A stretch of DNA of 64,000 nucleotides from an uncultured Acidobacteriota bacterium. GTDB taxonomy: Bacteria; Acidobacteriota; Thermoanaerobaculia; Multivoradales; SZUA-115. The notes under the pieces were generated by a model. That model did no database searches. It was not told the DNA's origin and was given only the letters and a program-made list of their open reading frames with translations. This document shows, piece by piece, positions 52,643 to 61,971 of this stretch (its first letter is position 1; the number at the start of each line of letters is the position of its first letter). The position numbers and the translations under genes are program-made. The DNA is taken from the NCBI GenBank assembly GCA_963805975.1, contig CAWDVR010000005.1, positions 96,001-160,000 of the forward strand, given 5' to 3'.

Positions 52643-53989
52643 ATGCCTGCGGCGCCGCTCGCTTTCGACGTCGTGGTGGTGGGGGGCGGCCCCGCCGGTA
52701 CCGCGCTCGCCCTCACCCTGCTCCACCACTCCGGCCTCTCGGTCGCCGTGGTGGAGCGCACCGGCTACGGCGAGCCGCGCATCGGGGAGGCGCTCTCGCC
52801 CGGCGTCCGCGGGCTGCTCGAGTACCTGAAAGTCTGGGACCGCTTCGTGGCCGCCGGGCACGAGCCCTCCTACGGCACCTCCGCCGCCTGGGGCAGCCGC
52901 GAGGTGGCCATCCGTGACTTCCTGTTCTCCCCGTTCGGCACCGGCTGGCACCTCGACCGCCGCCGCTTCGACGCCATGCTGGCGGACGCCGTGGAGGAGG
53001 CCGGGGGCACGGTCTGGCGCCGCGCCCGCGCCGCGTCCTGCGAGCGCACGGCCGGCGGGCTCTGGCGGCTGGCGGTGGGGAGCGAAGGCGAGGCGCAGCC
53101 CGTCGAAGCCCGCTTCGTGGTCGACGCCACCGGCCGCAGCGCCGCCCTGGCGCGCCGGCTCGGCAGCGAGCGGCATTTCCTGGATCGCCTGGTCGGCCTG
53201 GCGGGGGTGGTGCGCTTCGACGCCGAGCCGCCGGCGGACACCTTCACCCTGGTCGAGACCTGCGAGCTCGGCTGGTGGTACTCCGCACGCCTGCCGGGGG
53301 CCGAGATGGTGGTCGCCCTGATGAGCGACAGCGACCTCGTCCACGTCCACGGCCTGGCCGCGGTCGAGACCTGGTGGCGCCACCTCGGGGCGACCAAGGC
53401 CACCCGCGAGCGCATCGGCGCGGGGCGCCTCGCCGGGCCGCTCCACGTGCACGCCGCCCACTCCGGGCGTCTGGAGCCGCTGGTGGCGGATGGCTGGCTG
53501 GCGGTGGGCGACGCCGCCTGCTCGCACGATCCGCTCTCCGCCAGCGGCATCGCCCGGGCGCTCGACTCCGGGATCCACGCCGCCCGCGCCCTCGACGCCG
53601 TGCTGAAGAAGGGCGACACCGCGCTGCTCGCGGCCTACGACCTGCGGCTGCGGCAGAGCTTCGACCTCTACTGCGAGACCTGGGCGCGCTACTACCAGGT
53701 CGAGCAGCGCTGGCCGGCCGCGACCTTCTACCGCCGCCGGCACGGGCTGCTCGTGCTCGACCCGCAGGCCCGGGTGCAGTGGGCGGGAACCTCCCCCGAT
53801 CTCTCGGCGTCCCCGGATCTCTCGGTCTCGGACGTGCGGCTGCTCTGCGAGCTCTGCGCCGCGCCGCGCGCCGCCCACGAGGTGGTCCGCGCCTTCAAGC
53901 ACCGCTCCCCGCGCGAGGTTGCCGACGAGCACGTCATCCTCGGCCTGCAGCAGTTGGTCGCCCGCCAGCTCGTCCGCCTCGTGCCCTGA
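52643..53989 (+). CDS. LodB/GoxB-like flavoprotein (CTQ maturase; tryptophan halogenase-like fold)
   Basis: GGGPAG, IGEALSP, GWHLDRRRFD, DATGR, GWWYSA, GDAA..DPLS..GI, Y..E.RW. Confidence 0.85.
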   Translation: MPAAPLAFDVVVVGGGPAGTALALTLLHHSGLSVAVVERTGYGEPRIGEALSPGVRGLLEYLKVWDRFVAAGHEPSYGTSAAWGSREVAIRDFLFSPFGTGWHLDRRRFDAMLADAVEEAGGTVWRRARAASCERTAGGLWRLAVGSEGEAQPVEARFVVDATGRSAALARRLGSERHFLDRLVGLAGVVRFDAEPPADTFTLVETCELGWWYSARLPGAEMVVALMSDSDLVHVHGLAAVETWWRHLGATKATRERIGAGRLAGPLHVHAAHSGRLEPLVADGWLAVGDAACSHDPLSASGIARALDSGIHAARALDAVLKKGDTALLAAYDLRLRQSFDLYCETWARYYQVEQRWPAATFYRRRHGLLVLDPQARVQWAGTSPDLSASPDLSVSDVRLLCELCAAPRAAHEVVRAFKHRSPREVADEHVILGLQQLVARQLVRLVP

Positions 53990-54093
53990 GGAGCGAGCGC
54001 GGCACCTCTCCTGCCACGACGTTGTCAGGAGGGCTGGGCGAGACTCCCCCCGCCCGGGTGAAAATGGCGCCGGCGAACCTCCAAGGAGAAGAG

Positions 54094-54570
54094 ATGGACC
54101 TGAGGACCGAAGCCCTGAACGAGATCGAGACCACCGCCAAGCTCTTCCACCGCTCCACGCGCTGCCTGGCCGAGGAGGACTCGGGCTTTCGCCCCCGCCC
54201 GGAGATGATGAGCGTCGCCGGCCAGGTGGCGCACACCGCGCAGGCCATCGACTGGTTCCGCGAGGGCGGGTTCGGCGCGGGCTGGGACCTGGACTTCGAG
54301 GCCCATGTGGCCGCGATCGAAGAGGTGGGCTCGCTCGCCGCGGCGCGGAACTGGCTGGCCGACGCCTGATCGCGGCTCCGGGAGGCGGTCGAGGCGGCCT
54401 CGGTCGACGATCTCGCCGCCACCCTGCCGGACAACCCCATCCTCCCCGGCCGGCCCCGGTACCACACGATCGAGGCGATCGTGGATCACACCGGCCACCA
54501 CCGGGGCGCGCTCGCAGTCTATGCCCGGCTCGCCGGCCGCGTTCCCGAGATGCCCTACGGCGAGGACTGA
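54094..54570 (+). pseudogene. DinB-family protein with in-frame TGA at 54367-54369
   Basis: FRP..MMSVA.QVAH before the stop and DHTGHHRGALAVYARL..P after it, in the same frame. Confidence 0.85.
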
Positions 54571-54765
54571 ACCGCGGCGCCGGACTCCGCCGCCGCCATC
54601 TGCGCCAGGAAGTCGGCGAGGATCTGGCCGGGTTCCACGGCGAAGGTCTCGTCGAGCACCTCGACGACGAGGGCGCGATCCAGGCGGAAGCTCCTGAAGT
54701 CGCAGCGCAGCTCGCACCAGGCGATCAACAGCCAGACGGGCGGATAGAAGCTCAGGGCCAGGTCC
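54555..54765 (-). pseudogene. C-terminal fragment of a YafY/WYL-domain regulator
   Basis: LALSFYPPVWLLIAWCELRCDFRSFRLDR..ETF..EPGQ.LADFL; no start codon before the upstream in-frame TAG. Confidence 0.8.
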
Positions 54766-54850
54766 CTCGCTCCCGCTCGGGACGAGGTGACGGGCTTTCC
54801 GCGAGCTTGACGGCGCTCGCCCTCCCCGAGCGCCTAGAATCAATCCCTCC

Positions 54851-55456
54851 ATGCCCTCCGAGTACGACTCGCTCTTCGCCTCCCGCCCGGTGTCGCCGGC
54901 GGCGGCCGAGGCCTTCGAGCAGGTCCGCGAGCACTTCCGGGCCGCGGGCGGGCCCTATCTCTCCTCCCCCTGGACCTGGTGCGCGTGGGGCGTCCTGCTG
55001 CCGTCGTCGGCGCTCCTCACTCCGGAGGCGGCGCGGAGGTTCGGGTTCCCGGGCGTGCTCACGCTGTGGTCGGTCGCGATCCTGGCCGCCGGCGGCGTCG
55101 AGGCCTGGGCCATGGTCAAGGCCAGGCCCGGCGCCTCGCCGCTCGCCTCCTGGGCTTTCCGCCAGCAGACCAACCTGTCGCTGGTGGCGCTCGCGCTGTC
55201 CGTGCTGCTCCTGGTGCGTGACGAAGCCTGGGCTCTGCCCGGCCTGTGGCTGCTGCTCCTCGGGCACTCGTTCTACGGTCTGGGCAGGCTCTCCTACCCG
55301 GCGCTCTCCCGCTATGGCCTCGCCTACCAGGCGGGCGGCGTCGTGGCGCTCTTTGCCGGACGGCACGCGCTCGCCGTCTTCGCCGCGGCCACGGCGCTCG
55401 CGAACTTCGGCCTCGCCTGGGCGGTCTGGCGAAACCGCTCCGCCGCCTCGCCGTAG
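54851..55456 (+). CDS. Hypothetical membrane protein (about 6 TM)
   Basis: Hydrophobic ORF with TAGAAT 10 nt upstream. Confidence 0.75.
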   Translation: MPSEYDSLFASRPVSPAAAEAFEQVREHFRAAGGPYLSSPWTWCAWGVLLPSSALLTPEAARRFGFPGVLTLWSVAILAAGGVEAWAMVKARPGASPLASWAFRQQTNLSLVALALSVLLLVRDEAWALPGLWLLLLGHSFYGLGRLSYPALSRYGLAYQAGGVVALFAGRHALAVFAAATALANFGLAWAVWRNRSAASP

Positions 55457-55469
55457 CGCTCACCGGGCG

Positions 55470-56543
55470 CTACCAATAGACGGTCACCGAGCTGTCGCAG
55501 TTGTTCGTCACCCAGTTGACGACTTTTGTCGCCGCGATCACACCGTCCACCTCGAAAGTGGCCGTCTTCCCGTTGTCGCACACCACACGGATCTTGATCG
55601 CGGCGAACTTGCACTTGCCTGCCGAGCCCGCTCGGTACAGCCCGGCGATCTCGTCCGCCCGCAGGGCGCGCCGGAAGACCTCCGCTTCGTCGAGTGCCCC
55701 TTGCAGCACGCTCTCCGCACGGGGGGACAAGGTCGTGCTACCCAGCCGGAGTGGTGCCCGGTTGTTGAGGTCGCCGGCCCGGCCCGAGGGGTTGAACGCG
55801 GGTGCCACCGCAGTACCGTCCACGTAGAAACGGCCCTCGCCGTTGCGCACCACGGTCACCGCGACCAGGTGCCACTGCCCATCTGCGGGCACCGCGGCGT
55901 CCGCTATGTAGTTCGAGTACCCCGAGGGGGCGGCGAGCTGGAGGCCGGGCCGGCCGTCGTAGAGGAACAGGCTGTAGCCCCGCAGCGGCGACGGCTGACG
56001 CTTCTCCACCAGCACGCGGACGCCGGAGGTCCGGTCCGTGGGCGCGAGCTTCACCCAGGCGTCGATCGTCAGGTCGCCGGCGCCGACCTCGAATCCCGTG
56101 GCGTCCGCCGCCGCAATCTCGACGAAGTCGTCCTGGCCATCGAACTTGAATGCACCGGCCACCTTGCCACCGACAGCCTGCACACCGTTCTGCAGGCTGG
56201 CCGTGGCGCCCTTGGCGAGCTCGAGCGTCTTGCCGGCAGACTCCGAGTCCAAGGGGAGCCAGAGCACCAGGTCCGGGGGCGGGGGCACGCACGGCCCCTG
56301 GGCCGGCGTGATCCTTCGAGCGGTGGCCTGAGAAGCATCCGGCTCCCGCTGCTGAATACTGCGCAGCTCGGACTCGAAGCCCTGCACGGGGACTGTGCTC
56401 GTCCTCTCTTCCAGGCGCTCGCGCGAGGTGACTCCGGTCGGCGGCGCGGGCCCCGGAGCCGGGCTCGGCTGGCCCAGCGCCGCGGAACCGTTCAGGTTGG
56501 CGAGGAGCATCAGGGGAAGCAGTAGACCCGGGATTCGGTACAT
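55470..56543 (-). CDS. Secreted LamG/ConA-like domain protein
   Basis: Signal peptide; LWLPLD, FDGQDD.V, TIDAWV, WHLVAVT, FYVDG, GALDE..RAL..EI. Confidence 0.88.
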   Translation of the reverse strand: MYRIPGLLLPLMLLANLNGSAALGQPSPAPGPAPPTGVTSRERLEERTSTVPVQGFESELRSIQQREPDASQATARRITPAQGPCVPPPPDLVLWLPLDSESAGKTLELAKGATASLQNGVQAVGGKVAGAFKFDGQDDFVEIAAADATGFEVGAGDLTIDAWVKLAPTDRTSGVRVLVEKRQPSPLRGYSLFLYDGRPGLQLAAPSGYSNYIADAAVPADGQWHLVAVTVVRNGEGRFYVDGTAVAPAFNPSGRAGDLNNRAPLRLGSTTLSPRAESVLQGALDEAEVFRRALRADEIAGLYRAGSAGKCKFAAIKIRVVCDNGKTATFEVDGVIAATKVVNWVTNNCDSSVTVYW

Positions 56544-56696
56544 CCTTGCAACTCCTTTCGATCGTTGGGTGTCCAGGTGAGACGGGAGCAGGGGCACGCT
56601 GCATCAACGATCGAGCCGGAGCTTTTCCCTCAGATCCTCCGGAAAGCGCTGAGTGAAGTCGGGAGAGCCGCCGCGCGAAGCGGCATCCGGCGCCTG

Positions 56697-57314
56697 CTAG
56701 GCCGGGTCGCGGTGGGTCTGTACTCCGCTCAGCCGATCCGAAAGAGACCGCCGTCCACCCACGGCGAGGAGCAGCGGCAGGCCGGCGAGCGCCAAGGTCA
56801 GCAGGCTCCCCAGCCAGTGGCGGAAGGTCTGGCCAAAAGACAGCGAGAGCCCTTCCTCGGCCCGACAGACCAGCCCGGCCCAGGCCATGCCCGGCGTCGA
56901 GCCCCAGAAAGCGAGCGGCACCACGACGTAGAAGAGCGAGAAGGCGGCGAGGAAGAGGCCGACCGCCGGCAGGTCGGCCCGGTCTGGCGACGAGCCCAGG
57001 AGCTCCGCGCCAAAGAGCGCGAGAGTGCCCACCGCGGCATGGAGGGAGAGGTCGGCAAAGCCGGCCTGCAGGCGCTTGCCGAGTGAGGCCGGCCTCGCCA
57101 CCGTGACCGCCGAGGCGTCCCAGGTCTCTTCGGTGTGCCCCGGCCCGGCAGGCGACTGGTGGAAGGCGAGAGCTTCCTGCACCCCACTGGGCGGCCCGGC
57201 CTTAGGTTCAGCGCTCCGGCGAGGAACCGGTGGCGGAGCCTCTTCGGGGAGCGACGGCTCGAGGGGCAGGTCGAAGAGAGTGGGCGGTTGCGGCGTGCGG
57301 GGAGACCGGGCCAT
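56697..57314 (-). CDS. RDD family protein
   Basis: ASLGKRL.A.FAD, G.TPGM, SLSDRLSG. Confidence 0.82.
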   Translation of the reverse strand: MARSPRTPQPPTLFDLPLEPSLPEEAPPPVPRRSAEPKAGPPSGVQEALAFHQSPAGPGHTEETWDASAVTVARPASLGKRLQAGFADLSLHAAVGTLALFGAELLGSSPDRADLPAVGLFLAAFSLFYVVVPLAFWGSTPGMAWAGLVCRAEEGLSLSFGQTFRHWLGSLLTLALAGLPLLLAVGGRRSLSDRLSGVQTHRDPA

Positions 57315-57317
57315 GCG

Positions 57318-59492
57318 CTAGAGCACCGGCAGGTGGCTCACGTAGATCCGGTACAGGAGATCCTTGGGCCGCCGGGAGTAGGCCGCCGCGAAGCTGCGGT
57401 TGCGCTCGAGGGCGTCGTCGCCCGGTTTCAGGTCCAGGGCCTGGTCGAGCTTGTCGAGCGCGCCCTGGATGTCGCCGCCCTGCAGGTCCCGCACCGCCAG
57501 GTTGTAGTAGCTGTCGACCATCAGCTTGGTGACGTCCTTGTTGCCTGGATCGGACTCGCGCAGCCGCCACAGGCTGGGCAGCACCGCGGTCCACTCCTGC
57601 TGGCGGAAGAGACCGATCTCGCGTTCGAGCGGCACCAGCTTCTGCGCGGCGGTGGAAGCGAGCCCCTCTACGTCCACGGGGAGCGGCGCCAGGCGCCGGG
57701 CGCGGCGGAAGTAGGCATCGGCGAGCAGGTGCTCGCCGGCGGCGAGCGCCTCTTTACCCCGCGCCAGATCGCGCTCGAAGCGCGCTATCGCCGCCGGCGT
57801 GGTCATCTCGTCCGCGGCGGGCTCCTGCGGCACGAGCTCCGCCTCCCACGCCGCGAGCAGCTCCTGCGCTTCCTTGTAGCGCGGGTGCTCGGGCTCGAGC
57901 AGGCGGAGCTGGCGCACCGCCACCTCGACCTTGCCCTCGTCGTGCAGCTTCCGGGCTCGCGCCAGCTCGTCGGTGGTCTTGCGGGCCGTCGTCACCGGCT
58001 TCGAGTTCGGGAACAGCAGCCCCTTGTTCATCCACGCGAAGACGCCCGCGGCGAGCAGCAGGGCCAGCACGGCGCCGCCCACCACCAGAAAGCGGCTGCC
58101 GGCGCCGCCCCGCTTCTGCGGCTGGGAAGCGCGGCCCGAGCCCGCCATCGCCGGTCGTTTGGTGACCGCCGGCCTGGCCCCCGTCGGCTTGGTCGAGGGA
58201 GCCGGGGGCACCAGGATCTCCTCCTGGAGGGCCCCGCCGCCCGGCACCGGCATCCCGTCACCGCCCAGATCTTCGATCGGCGGGTAGTCGTCCACGTCCG
58301 GTGCGGCGGCGGGCGCACCCAGTTGCTCCAGGTACTCGCGGGCGGCGAAGTAGCTCGGCTGGAGCGCCAGCACGCGCTCGAAGAGCCGCTGCGCCTGCGC
58401 GTTGTCCCCGGCATCGAAAGCCGCCACGGCCTCGTGGAAGACCTCCTCCACCCGGCGCTCGCTCTCGGCTTTCAGCCGGCGCGCCTGCTCGATGCGTTGC
58501 GCCGCCTCGTCGTGGTCGATGTCGATCAGGAAGATCCGCGACCAGGCGTCGATCGAGCCCTGGTAATCGCTGCGATCGAAGGCCTGCTGGCCCTGCTCGA
58601 GGAGCTGCGCGATCCGGCCGTCGCCCGCGCCCGCCGCCCCGCCTGGGCGAGCGCCAGTGGCGCTCTCGAGCTCGGCGAGCGAGTCGGAGGCGGAGATCAG
58701 GCCCGGGTCCATGTCGTAACCCGTCAGGGCGCCGGAGCCGGAGGCTCCTGGCCGGGCGAAGCCGCGGGCGAGCTCGGGCGGCATGCCGGCCCAGGGGTCG
58801 TCCGGCGCCGAAGACTGGGCGCGCTCGACGGCGAGCTCGACCACACCGGGGTACGTGGGGTCGAGCGAGCGTGCCTTGTCGAGGGCACGGTCACACTCGC
58901 CGAAGTCCCCCCGGCCCAGGGCGGCGCGGGCGGATTCGAGAAAGTTCTTGACGTAGGGCTCGGCCTCGAGGCGGGAGTAGGCGGTCTCGACCAGCTTGCG
59001 CAGGGCAGGGCTCGCCCCCACCTCGGCGCGGTTCTCCTCGGCCGCCTGCACCAGCCGTCGCAGGTCGCGGCGGGCGAGCAGATCCTCGAGGGCCGCCTGG
59101 AGCACGTCGTCGTCGGTTCCGCCACCGGCAGGAGGGCCGAGAGAGGCCGGCGGGGCCACCGCCGCGGGCCGCGGGGCCACGGGAGGCGCCGCGGGCGGCG
59201 GTGCGACGGCGGGCGGCGGAGCCTCCCCGCCGAGCGCCGGCATCCGCACCGTGGCGCCGGCGCCCGGGGCGAGGTCGGCCACCGACACGGGAGCGCCGGC
59301 GGCGCTCGCGTTGACCCGCACCTGGAGCTCGCGCGCCGGGCGGAAGGCCGGGTCCATGCGCAGGATGAAGTCGCAGCCCAGGAGCGCTTCCTGGCGGCTG
59401 CCCCGCGCCGCCAGCTCGAGCGTCTGCAGGTAAGTGCCGAGGATGCGCTGCTGGACGTCCGGCGCTAGGGCGGGGTTTCCGGGATATTGCAT
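57318..59492 (-). CDS. Bitopic membrane protein with TPR-like repeats on both sides
   Basis: Helical TPR-like units, Pro/Ala linkers, one TM segment (FLVVGGAVLALLLAAGVFAW). Confidence 0.8.
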   Translation of the reverse strand: MQYPGNPALAPDVQQRILGTYLQTLELAARGSRQEALLGCDFILRMDPAFRPARELQVRVNASAAGAPVSVADLAPGAGATVRMPALGGEAPPPAVAPPPAAPPVAPRPAAVAPPASLGPPAGGGTDDDVLQAALEDLLARRDLRRLVQAAEENRAEVGASPALRKLVETAYSRLEAEPYVKNFLESARAALGRGDFGECDRALDKARSLDPTYPGVVELAVERAQSSAPDDPWAGMPPELARGFARPGASGSGALTGYDMDPGLISASDSLAELESATGARPGGAAGAGDGRIAQLLEQGQQAFDRSDYQGSIDAWSRIFLIDIDHDEAAQRIEQARRLKAESERRVEEVFHEAVAAFDAGDNAQAQRLFERVLALQPSYFAAREYLEQLGAPAAAPDVDDYPPIEDLGGDGMPVPGGGALQEEILVPPAPSTKPTGARPAVTKRPAMAGSGRASQPQKRGGAGSRFLVVGGAVLALLLAAGVFAWMNKGLLFPNSKPVTTARKTTDELARARKLHDEGKVEVAVRQLRLLEPEHPRYKEAQELLAAWEAELVPQEPAADEMTTPAAIARFERDLARGKEALAAGEHLLADAYFRRARRLAPLPVDVEGLASTAAQKLVPLEREIGLFRQQEWTAVLPSLWRLRESDPGNKDVTKLMVDSYYNLAVRDLQGGDIQGALDKLDQALDLKPGDDALERNRSFAAAYSRRPKDLLYRIYVSHLPVL

Positions 59493-59545
59493 GGTGGGGG
59501 CGCGGGCTCTTCCGTCGCGCGGCCAATGGTAGCAAACTCTTAGCC

Positions 59546-60484
59546 ATGGCCTGGCTCGAGTGCGTGCCCAACGTCAGCGAAGGGCGGCGGCGGGAAGTGA
59601 TCGCCCGCCTCGCCCGCGCCGCCGCGGCGCCGGGAGTCGAGATCCTCGACCAGTCCTCGGACCCCGATCACAACCGCACGGTCTTCACCCTGGCGGGCGA
59701 GCCCGAAGCGCTCCACGAAGGGCTGCTGCGGCTCTACGAGGTGGCGACGGGCGAGATCGACCTGCGCGTGCAGCAGGGTGTCCATCCGCGGATCGGTGCG
59801 GTGGACGTCGTTCCTTTCGTGCCGCTCGCCGGCATCTCGATGGGCGAGGCGGTGGCCGCCGCACGGCGGCTGGGCGAGGCGGTGGGAGAGCGCTTCGAGA
59901 TTCCGGTCTTCCTCTACGAGGAGGCGGCGACGCGTCCGGAGCGGAGGAGCCTGGCCGAGATCCGCCGTGGTGGGGTCGAGGGCCTGGCGCGCCGCCTCGC
60001 GGCGGAGCCCGCGGCCCGGGCCCCCGACTTCGGGCCCTCCAGCCTCCATCCGAGCGCCGGTGGCACCGTGATCGGCGCCCGTTTCTTCCTCGTCGCCTTC
60101 AACGCCGTGCTCGACACCCCGGACTTGGGCGTGGCGCGAGAGGTGGCGCGCGCCGTCCGGGCCTCGAACGGCGGGCTCGCCGCGCTGCGCGCGATCGGCG
60201 TTTTCCTGCCCAGCCGGGGACGGGCGCAGGTGTCGATGAACCTGCTCGACTTCCGGGTGACCTCGCTGCCGGCGGCGCTCGCCCGGGTCGAGGAGGAGGC
60301 GGGGCGCCGCGGCGCGCGGGTCGCCGAGACCGAGCTGATCGGTCTGATCCCCGAAGAGGCGCGGCGGCAGGCGCTCGCAGCCGGCCTCGACCTGCCCGCC
60401 CTACGGGCCGACCGCGTGATCGAGCGCGCCGTCGCGGCCGCCCGCCGCCCGCTCTCCGAGAGCGGCGAGCAGGCGCCAGGGTAG
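59546..60484 (+). CDS. ftcD: Glutamate formimidoyltransferase
   Basis: ECVPNVSEGR, DHNRTV, HPRIGAVDVVPF, GARFFLVAFN, QVSMNL. Confidence 0.93.
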   Translation: MAWLECVPNVSEGRRREVIARLARAAAAPGVEILDQSSDPDHNRTVFTLAGEPEALHEGLLRLYEVATGEIDLRVQQGVHPRIGAVDVVPFVPLAGISMGEAVAAARRLGEAVGERFEIPVFLYEEAATRPERRSLAEIRRGGVEGLARRLAAEPAARAPDFGPSSLHPSAGGTVIGARFFLVAFNAVLDTPDLGVAREVARAVRASNGGLAALRAIGVFLPSRGRAQVSMNLLDFRVTSLPAALARVEEEAGRRGARVAETELIGLIPEEARRQALAAGLDLPALRADRVIERAVAAARRPLSESGEQAPG

Positions 60485-61870
60485 GCCGTCGAAAGAGCCC
60501 GAGGACATGGTGACCACCACGTCGCCGGGGCGGGCAATGGAAAGAGTCCGGGCCAGCACCTCGTCGTTGCCCGGGCAGGCGAACGCCGTCCTGCCGGCGG
60601 CCTCGAGCTCGGCTGCCAGGCCCTCGCGATCGAGGCCCTCTTCGGTGCCGAGACGCTGCTGGTGGAAGACCGGCGCGAAGACCACGACCTCGGCGGCTAG
60701 GAACGCCCGCCCGTAGGCCTGGTGGAACATCCGGCGCCCGGCCGTCAGGCTGCGGGGCTCGTAGAGCACGATCACGCGCCGTCCGGGATAGCGGCGCCGC
60801 AAGCCCGCGAGCGTGGTCTCGACGGCCGTGGGGTGGTGGGCGAAGTCGTCGACCACGGTGACGCCGCCCCGGGTGCCCAGCTCGTCCAGCCGGCGCGCCA
60901 CGCCATGGAACGAGGAGAGGGCGGCGGCCACGTCGGCCGCGGCGAGCCCGTCCTGGCGCGCGGCGGCCCACACGCCGAGCGCATTGGTCACGTTGTGCTC
61001 GCCCCACGACGGCAGCGAGATCTCGACCGCGCCGGCCTCCGGGTCGGCGATCACGAAGCGCGTGCCCTCCGGGCCGCTCGCCACGGCCTCCGCCCCGCCC
61101 CCGGCCAGGCACACGTCGTTGCCCGGCCCGAGCCCATAGAGCACCACCCGGCAGCGCGCGCTGCGTGCGAGCTCCCGCACCGCGGGCCAGTCGCCACAGG
61201 CGACCAGCAGGCCCTCCGGCGGCAGCAGCTCGATCAGCCGGCCGTAGGCTTCGAGCAGCGACTCCGGCGTCGGGTAGAGGTCGGCGTGGTCGTGCTCGGC
61301 GCTGGTCAGGATCACGGTCTCCGGCCGGTAGTGCAGGAACTTGGCGCCGCGGTCGAAGTAGGCGGCGTTGTACTCGTCGCCTTCGACGATGAAGCGTTCG
61401 CCGGTGCCGGCGTGGAAGCTCCCGGTCAGGTCCTTGGGCACGCCGCCCACCAGGAACCCGGGGTCGGCACCGCATCGATGCCACACCCAGGCCGCCATCG
61501 CCGTGGTGGTGGTCTTGCCGTGAGTGCCCGCCACCACCAGGGGCCGGCGCCCGGCGAGAAAGAAGCGGGCCAGGGCCTGCGGCATCGAGAGCTTCTCGAG
61601 GCCCAGCCGTTCGACCTCCTGGGCCTCCGGGTTGCTCCGCGGCACGGCGTTCCCCACCACCACCACGTCGGGCGGCGGTACCAGGTGCGCCGGGTCGAAG
61701 CCCAGGAGCGGCGCGATGCCCGCGCGCTCGAGCAGGGTGGACATGGGCGGATAGAGCGGCCCGTCGGCGCCCCGCACGCGGTGTCCCCGGGCCGCGAGCA
61801 GGGCGGCGAGCGGCGCCATGCCGGTGCCGCCGATTGCGATACAGTAGATGTCGAGAGGGGAATTTTTCAC
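60401..61870 (-). CDS. mpl: Mur ligase, Mpl (murein peptide ligase) type
   Basis: IGGTGM, YPPMS, GNAV, GTHGKTTT, EGDEY..YFDRGAKF, DHAD, DDFAHHPT. Confidence 0.85.
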   Translation of the reverse strand: MKNSPLDIYCIAIGGTGMAPLAALLAARGHRVRGADGPLYPPMSTLLERAGIAPLLGFDPAHLVPPPDVVVVGNAVPRSNPEAQEVERLGLEKLSMPQALARFFLAGRRPLVVAGTHGKTTTTAMAAWVWHRCGADPGFLVGGVPKDLTGSFHAGTGERFIVEGDEYNAAYFDRGAKFLHYRPETVILTSAEHDHADLYPTPESLLEAYGRLIELLPPEGLLVACGDWPAVRELARSARCRVVLYGLGPGNDVCLAGGGAEAVASGPEGTRFVIADPEAGAVEISLPSWGEHNVTNALGVWAAARQDGLAAADVAAALSSFHGVARRLDELGTRGGVTVVDDFAHHPTAVETTLAGLRRRYPGRRVIVLYEPRSLTAGRRMFHQAYGRAFLAAEVVVFAPVFHQQRLGTEEGLDREGLAAELEAAGRTAFACPGNDEVLARTLSIARPGDVVVTMSSGSFDGLPWRLLAALGERAAGGRDGALDHAVGP

Positions 61871-61971
61871 GCTCTCCGCCTGTTCCCAAACAGTCGCCAG
61901 TAGGTCTTTCGGAGCCTTCGGCTTCGACCCCGGCCTCGAGCCTCAACCCCGATTCGCGAGGAGCCCAAACG

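Noticed and set aside
60401-60484. 84-bp convergent overlap of ftcD and mpl
   Set aside because: Both tails are low-information extensions, which is common in high-GC genomes.
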